Positions 58,565 through 64,000 of a DNA stretch of 64,000 nucleotides are shown one piece after another (the stretch's first letter is position 1; every line of letters begins with the position of its first letter). The notes under the pieces are model-generated. The model was not told the origin of the DNA. It saw only the letters and a list, made by a program, of their open reading frames with translations, and did not search any database. Position numbers and translations under genes: made by a program. Where the stretch lies: the NCBI GenBank assembly GCA_963805625.1, contig CAWDVE010000017.1, positions 896,001-960,000 of the forward strand, written 5' to 3'. This DNA is from an uncultured Candidatus Rokubacteria bacterium. GTDB lineage: Bacteria > Methylomirabilota > Methylomirabilia > Rokubacteriales > DASRDR01.

Positions 58565-58965
58565 CGCGGTTGATCCAGGACCAGTCCTCCACGGTCGTTC
58601 GCGAGCGCGACCGGCGCCGCCTCCGGGCCATGGCCGGGGTGCTGTGCCTCGGCTGCGTGCTGGTCGGGGCCGTCCTCGGCTACGTGTGGCTGCAGGTGCA
58701 GCGGGTGCGCGTCTCCTACGGCATCGAGGCGCTCCGCGCCTCCCGCACCCGCCTCGAGGAGCAGAATCGGAAGCTCCAGCTGGAGCTGGCCTCTCTCCGC
58801 GCGTTCGCGCGGGTGGACTCAGCCGCGCGGCGCCTGGGCCTGACGCCGCCCGCACCTGACCAGATCCGGCTCGCGCGCGAGTACATCGCGCCCGACGGGA
58901 GCGGCCGCAGCACGTCGCTCCGGGCGGCAGCGGAAAGCGACCTCCAGAAGACCGGGCGACCTTGA
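58561..58965 (+). CDS. ftsL: Cell division protein FtsL
   Basis: Single TM, coiled coil, ARRLGL; located between rsmH and ftsI. Confidence 0.85.
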   Translation: MTRLIQDQSSTVVRERDRRRLRAMAGVLCLGCVLVGAVLGYVWLQVQRVRVSYGIEALRASRTRLEEQNRKLQLELASLRAFARVDSAARRLGLTPPAPDQIRLAREYIAPDGSGRSTSLRAAAESDLQKTGRP

Positions 58966-59138
58966 TCATTTCATGACGCGCGCCGGCCAGCCCGCCGCCG
59001 CGGTCGGTCCCCGGGGGACGACCGGCTTTCGACCGGCCACGGTGACACGGCGGTGACCGCCGGCGCGCGACCGGACGGGCGGGGTCCACGGCCGGGTCGG
59101 GCCTTCCCGGCGGCCGCCCCCGCCCTCGTCCGGAGACC

Positions 59139-61118
59139 ATGACGGAGCCTGCGTCCCGATACCGAAGCCGTGCACTCGTCCTGACCGGTTGCCTCATCCT
59201 CCTGCTCGGGGGCATCGTCCTCCGGCTGGGCTACCTCCAGATCGTCCGTCACGACGAGCTTGCCCGCCTCGCCGAACGGCAGTACTCCAAGACCATCCCA
59301 CTCCGGCCCGAGCGGGGTCCGATCCTCGACCGCAACGGATACGCGCTGGCCGTGAGTGCCCCGGTCGAATCCGTCTACGCCTTGCCCGGACGGATCGCCG
59401 ACCGGACCGTCGTGGCTGCCGCGCTGGCCCCGCACCTTGGCGAGCGGCCGCGGGACATCGAGCAGCGCCTAGCCAGCGACCGCCCGTTCGTCTGGGTGAA
59501 GGTGAAGATTCCGCCGGCCGCGGCCGAGGCCATCCGGGCACGCCGGCTGCCGGGGATCGGTACCGTGCCCGAGGCGCTCCGGTTCTATCCGAACCGTGAG
59601 TTGGCGGCCCAGATTCTCGGATTCGTCGGGAGGGACGACCGGGGTCTCGAGGGCATGGAGCTGGCCCACGACAAGTCCCTGGCGGGCGAGGCGGGGCTGG
59701 CGCTCGTCGAGCGGGACGCCCTCGGGCGCGAGATGACCGGGCAGCCGACGATCCTCAAGACGCCGACGCCGGGGACCGGCCTTGTCCTGACCATCGACGC
59801 GACCGTGCAGTACCTCGCCGAGCGCGAGCTGGAGGCGGCGTGGCGCACCACCGGCGCCAAGGCCGGGATGGTCCTCGTCATGGACCCCCGGACGGGCGAG
59901 ATCCTGGCGATGGCGATGCGCCCGACCTTCAACCCCAACGCGTACCAGACCGCCACGGCCGACCAGTGGCGGAACCGCGCCGTGACGGACCCCTTTGAGC
60001 CTGGATCGACGTTCAAGGCCATCCTCGCCGCCTCGGCTCTTGAGGACGGGGTCGTGAAGCCAGGAGACCGATTCTACGGGGAGCAGGGTGTCATCACGAT
60101 CGCCAACCGGACGATTCACGACTGGAAGAAGTACGGCTGGCTGACATTCCAGCAGGTCCTCCAGTACTCCTCGAATGTGGGCGCCATCAAGGTGGGCCTC
60201 CAGCTCGGCCGGGAGCGATACTACCGGCACGTCACGGAGTTCGGCTTCGGGAGCCTCACGGGAGTCGGCCTTCCCGGCGAGAGCCGCGGGCAGCTCCGCC
60301 CGCCCGACCGGTGGTCGGGGCTGTCCTTGGCGAGCATCTCGATCGGTCAGGAGGTGTCGGTGACGGGGGTGCAGATGCTCGCCGCGTTCGGCGCCCTCGC
60401 CAATGGTGGCCGGCTGATGCAGCCTCACATCGTCCGCGCGGTGCTCGATCGGAGCGGCCGGGAAGTCCGGCGGACGGAGCCCCAAGCCGTGCGCCAGGTC
60501 ATCTCGCCCGAGACGGCCGCGACCCTCAACGACATCCTGACGTCCGTGGTGGCCGAGGGAACCGGGCACAAGGCTGTCGTCCAGGGCTACGCCGTCGCCG
60601 GCAAGACGGGGACGGCCCAGAAGCCAGACCCGGTCACGCACGTCTACTCCCGTAAGCCCGGCGTGCTCTCGTTCATCGGGTTCGTTCCCTCGAACGCCCC
60701 GCGGCTGGTGATCCTGGCCTTGCTCGACGAACCCAAGACCGTGGTCTGGGGATCCGAGGCGGCGGCCCCGATCTTCGCGGCGGTGGCGGGGCCGGTCCTG
60801 CGGCACCTTGACGTGGCGCCGACCGAGGCCGTGCCCGCGGTCCAGATCGTGCGAGCAGCCGGTCGGGACGCCGAACGGGAGCCGCCGGCGGAACCAGCTG
60901 CTGGAATGTCGCCGGACGCGGAGGCGCTGATGCCGGATCTCACCGGGAAGAGCCTACGCCAGGCGCTCGCTCTCCTGGGTGCGCTCGACATTGACGTGGC
61001 GGTGGCGGGGCGGGGGCTCGTCGTGCGTCAGACGCCGGCACCCGGGACGCCGCTTGGCCCCGGGGCATCCTGCCGCCTGGAGCTGGCACCGCCAACGGCC
61101 ATCCGGATGGAGTCGTGA
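59139..61118 (+). CDS. ftsI: Penicillin-binding protein FtsI with PASTA domain
   Basis: RGPILDRNG, STFK, SSN, KTGT, C-terminal MPDLTGKS PASTA. Confidence 0.94.
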   Translation: MTEPASRYRSRALVLTGCLILLLGGIVLRLGYLQIVRHDELARLAERQYSKTIPLRPERGPILDRNGYALAVSAPVESVYALPGRIADRTVVAAALAPHLGERPRDIEQRLASDRPFVWVKVKIPPAAAEAIRARRLPGIGTVPEALRFYPNRELAAQILGFVGRDDRGLEGMELAHDKSLAGEAGLALVERDALGREMTGQPTILKTPTPGTGLVLTIDATVQYLAERELEAAWRTTGAKAGMVLVMDPRTGEILAMAMRPTFNPNAYQTATADQWRNRAVTDPFEPGSTFKAILAASALEDGVVKPGDRFYGEQGVITIANRTIHDWKKYGWLTFQQVLQYSSNVGAIKVGLQLGRERYYRHVTEFGFGSLTGVGLPGESRGQLRPPDRWSGLSLASISIGQEVSVTGVQMLAAFGALANGGRLMQPHIVRAVLDRSGREVRRTEPQAVRQVISPETAATLNDILTSVVAEGTGHKAVVQGYAVAGKTGTAQKPDPVTHVYSRKPGVLSFIGFVPSNAPRLVILALLDEPKTVVWGSEAAAPIFAAVAGPVLRHLDVAPTEAVPAVQIVRAAGRDAEREPPAEPAAGMSPDAEALMPDLTGKSLRQALALLGALDIDVAVAGRGLVVRQTPAPGTPLGPGASCRLELAPPTAIRMES

Positions 61119-62656
61119 TGAGCACGGACGCCGCCCGGCGTGAGGTTCTCCTGGGGACGCTTCTCGAGGCGATGCCCGAGCGGCAGATCCTGGGTTCTTT
61201 GCCCGCGACCGTGTGCGGCCTCACGGACGACTCCCGCCAGGTCATTGCCGGGGGCTGTTTCGTCGCGGTCCGCGGGCTTCGCGCCGACGGGCACCGTTTC
61301 ATCCCCCAGGCGATCGAGCGGGGTGCCCGGGCCGTCGTGGCGGAGCCTCCTGACCCATGGCCCGGCGAGGCTGTGGGACGGATCCTGGTCCCGGACACCC
61401 GCCGGGCGCTTCCATGGCTGGCGGATGCTTACTACGGGCATCCCTCCCGGGCCCTTGTCGTCGTGGGTATCACAGGGACGAACGGGAAAACCACGACGTC
61501 CTATCTCTGCGAGGCTCTTCTCCGGGCTCGGGATCTCGCCACGGGCGTTATCGGGACGATCCAGTACGTCGTGCGCGGGCAGGCCCGCGACGCCGGCCAG
61601 ACCACGCCCGAGGCGATCGAGCTCCAGGGGCTACTCGCCGAGATGGTGGCGGCAGGGGTCGGCGGCGTCGCCATGGAGGTGTCCTCGCACGCCATCGCGC
61701 TTCACCGCGTGGACGGCGTCGGGTTCGACGTGGCCGTGTTCACGAACCTCACCCAGGACCATCTCGACTTCCACGGGACGATGCAGGAGTATGCCGCCGC
61801 CAAGCGCCGCCTCTTCTTCGAACTCCTGTCAGCGGGAGGGAAGCCCGGGGCGACCGCGGTGCTCAACGCCGATGATCCGGTGGGGGCGGAGTGGGCGGCC
61901 GCGCTTCCCGGCCGGGTCCTCACGTTCGGACTGGGGCCCGGCCACGCGATCCGCCCCCTCCAGCACGAGTCGGGCCTCGAGGGCATCCGGCTCCTCGCGA
62001 CGAGCCCGGGAGGGCCTGTCCGGATTGTCTCGCCGCTTATTGGCGAGCACAATGTGATGAACCTTCTCGGTGCGGTGGGGGTCGGCGTCGCCCTGGGTCT
62101 CGACTCTCCGGCCATCGCCTCGGCGCTCGGATCCGTGACCCGGGTGCCGGGTCGATTCGAGCGGGTGGAGGCGGGTCAGGACTTCCTGGTGGTGGTCGAC
62201 TACGCCCACACCCCCGACGCGCTCCAGCGAGTCCTGGAGACGGCCCGGCATCTTACGCCTCGGCGGCTCGGCGTCGTCTTCGGAGCGGGCGGCGACCGGG
62301 ACCGCGGCAAGCGCCCAGTGATGGGACGGATCGCGGCGGCGCTCGCCGATCGCGTCTGGCTGACCTCGGACAACCCCCGCTCGGAGGATCCCAGCGCTAT
62401 CATCGAGGAGATCGCGGCCGGCCTGGTCCCGCCCCCACCGGGCGGCCACGTCCGAGATCCGGACCGCCGGGAAGCGATCCGCCGGGCGCTCGACTGGGCC
62501 CGGCCCGGCGACACGGTGGTCATCGCGGGGAAGGGTCACGAGACGTACCAGATCATCGCCGGCCAGATCCTGCCGTTCGACGACCGGGTGGTGGCCCGGG
62601 AATTCCTGGCCGGCCGCGCGGGTGAGGCGGGTGGAGGGGCGCCGTGCCGCGCCTGA
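61115..62656 (+). CDS. murE: UDP-MurNAc-dipeptide:meso-DAP ligase
   Basis: GTNGKTT, EVSSH, DYAHTPD, DNPR (DAP specificity), GKGHE. Confidence 0.96.
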   Translation: MMSTDAARREVLLGTLLEAMPERQILGSLPATVCGLTDDSRQVIAGGCFVAVRGLRADGHRFIPQAIERGARAVVAEPPDPWPGEAVGRILVPDTRRALPWLADAYYGHPSRALVVVGITGTNGKTTTSYLCEALLRARDLATGVIGTIQYVVRGQARDAGQTTPEAIELQGLLAEMVAAGVGGVAMEVSSHAIALHRVDGVGFDVAVFTNLTQDHLDFHGTMQEYAAAKRRLFFELLSAGGKPGATAVLNADDPVGAEWAAALPGRVLTFGLGPGHAIRPLQHESGLEGIRLLATSPGGPVRIVSPLIGEHNVMNLLGAVGVGVALGLDSPAIASALGSVTRVPGRFERVEAGQDFLVVVDYAHTPDALQRVLETARHLTPRRLGVVFGAGGDRDRGKRPVMGRIAAALADRVWLTSDNPRSEDPSAIIEEIAAGLVPPPPGGHVRDPDRREAIRRALDWARPGDTVVIAGKGHETYQIIAGQILPFDDRVVAREFLAGRAGEAGGGAPCRA

Positions 62657-64000
62657 CGCTCGCCGAGCTGGTCCGCGGCACCCAGGGCGCGCTCATCGGC
62701 GGGCGCTTGGAGACGCTCGTCACCGGCGTGTCGATCGACAGCCGCACCTGCCGCCCGGGCGATGCGTTCTTCGCGATTCGCGGGGCGACTCAGGACGGCC
62801 ACGCCTTCATCGCCCACGCCCGCATGCGGGGCGCCGCCTGCGCGGTGACGACGCGCATCCCGCCCGGGCTCGGTGCGGAGGCGGACTTCCCGGTCGTCCT
62901 GGTCGACGACACGACGGCGGCGCTCCAACGGCTGGGCGCCGCCCATCGCCGCCGCTTCGCCATCCCAGTCGTCGGGATCACGGGCTCCAACGGGAAGACC
63001 ACGACGAAGGAGCTGGTCGCGACGGTGCTGTCCGCCCGCCGGCGTGTGCTCAAGCCTGTGGGGAGCTACAACAACCAGTGGGGCGTGCCGCTGACGCTTC
63101 TCGCGCTTGAGCCTGAGCACGAGGCGGCGGTGCTCGAGATCGGCATGAACGCCTTCGGGGAGATTGCCGCGCTCGCCCAGCTCTGCCAACCGACCCTCGG
63201 GGTGGTGACGTCGATCGCGCCGGCCCACCTGGAGGGCGTAGGGACGATCGAGGGGGTCCAGAAGGCGAAGGGGGAGCTCGTCGAGGCGATTCCTCCTGAC
63301 GGGGTCGTGGTGCTGAACGCGGACGACCCCCTGGTGCTCGCGCTCGCGGCCCGGGCCCGCGGCCCGGTGATGACGTATGGCCAGGCCGACCAGGCCGATG
63401 TCCGGCTCGGCGACGTCGCCCTGGTCGAGGGGGGACTCGGGTTCCGGCTGGTCGCCGGCCCCGCGACGGCCGATGTTCGGCTTCCGCTGGCCGGTCGGCA
63501 CAACGCGTGGCACGCGGCGGCCGCGGCGGCGGTCGGGCTGGCGCTGGGCGTGCCGCTCGACGAGGCCGCGGCGGCCCTCGCCCTGGCGGTACCCGTCAAA
63601 GGGCGGCTCGTCTGGCGCGAGGCCGGCGGGATCCGGATCCTCGACGACACCTACAACGCGAACCCCGTCTCCGTTCGCGCCGCCCTCGACGCGTTTCGGG
63701 AGGCCCCGGGCGGGGGCCGTCGCTGGGTGATCCTCGGCGACATGCTGGAGCTCGGGGCGCACACCGAGGCGACCCACCGCGAGGTCGGGGCGTGGGTGGC
63801 CGGGCTGCCCGTGGCCGGGCTGGCGACCGTGGGCTCCGCGATGCGCCTGACGGCGGAGGTCGCGCGGGCGGGCGGCTGCCCCGACGTCGCCACCTTCGCC
63901 AGTCCCGAGGGTGCGGCGGCGCACGTGATCACCCGCGTCGCGCGCGGGGACCGCGTCCTGGTCAAGGGATCGCGGGGCATGCGGATGGAGCGGGCGGTCG
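62644..64000 (+). CDS. murF: UDP-MurNAc-tripeptide:D-Ala-D-Ala ligase, 3'-truncated by the window
   Basis: Manual translation from GTG 62644: SIDSR, TGSNGKTTTKE, YNNQWGVP, DDTYNANP, GDMLELG, VKGSRGM. Confidence 0.94.
   Translation, partial: MPRLTLAELVRGTQGALIGGRLETLVTGVSIDSRTCRPGDAFFAIRGATQDGHAFIAHARMRGAACAVTTRIPPGLGAEADFPVVLVDDTTAALQRLGAAHRRRFAIPVVGITGSNGKTTTKELVATVLSARRRVLKPVGSYNNQWGVPLTLLALEPEHEAAVLEIGMNAFGEIAALAQLCQPTLGVVTSIAPAHLEGVGTIEGVQKAKGELVEAIPPDGVVVLNADDPLVLALAARARGPVMTYGQADQADVRLGDVALVEGGLGFRLVAGPATADVRLPLAGRHNAWHAAAAAAVGLALGVPLDEAAAALALAVPVKGRLVWREAGGIRILDDTYNANPVSVRAALDAFREAPGGGRRWVILGDMLELGAHTEATHREVGAWVAGLPVAGLATVGSAMRLTAEVARAGGCPDVATFASPEGAAAHVITRVARGDRVLVKGSRGMRMERAV

Overview
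High-GC bacterial chromosome segment. Gene style (many family-5 peptide ABC operons, GC-rich REP-like hairpins, meso-DAP-type MurE) suggests a diderm such as Ca. Rokubacteria/Methylomirabilota; this is an inference. The window ends in the start of the dcw cluster (mraZ-rsmH-ftsL-ftsI-murE-murF). It also holds a pdhABCD-type 2-oxoacid dehydrogenase operon, a lone AceE-like E1, three ATPase-less Dpp/Opp-type ABC operons, ettA, a zinc-less Fpg-like glycosylase, a nitrosocyanin-like cupredoxin between two copies of a ~263-bp repeat, many catabolic enzymes and several decayed genes. The most striking feature is at 1-4.9 kb. The 3' end of a sigma54 activator is followed by three in-phase GGTGCACA-N6-(A/T)GTGCA boxes and a correctly spaced -24/-12 promoter. 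Next come two tandem paralogous ~45-codon secreted-peptide-like ORFs (the second broken by an amber codon and missing from the ORF track), an orphan OppA/DppA-type binding protein, a HAMP-PAS histidine kinase and a receiver protein. This layout is consistent with an autoinducing peptide (quorum-sensing-like) circuit. No rRNA, tRNA, CRISPR array or transposase was seen.
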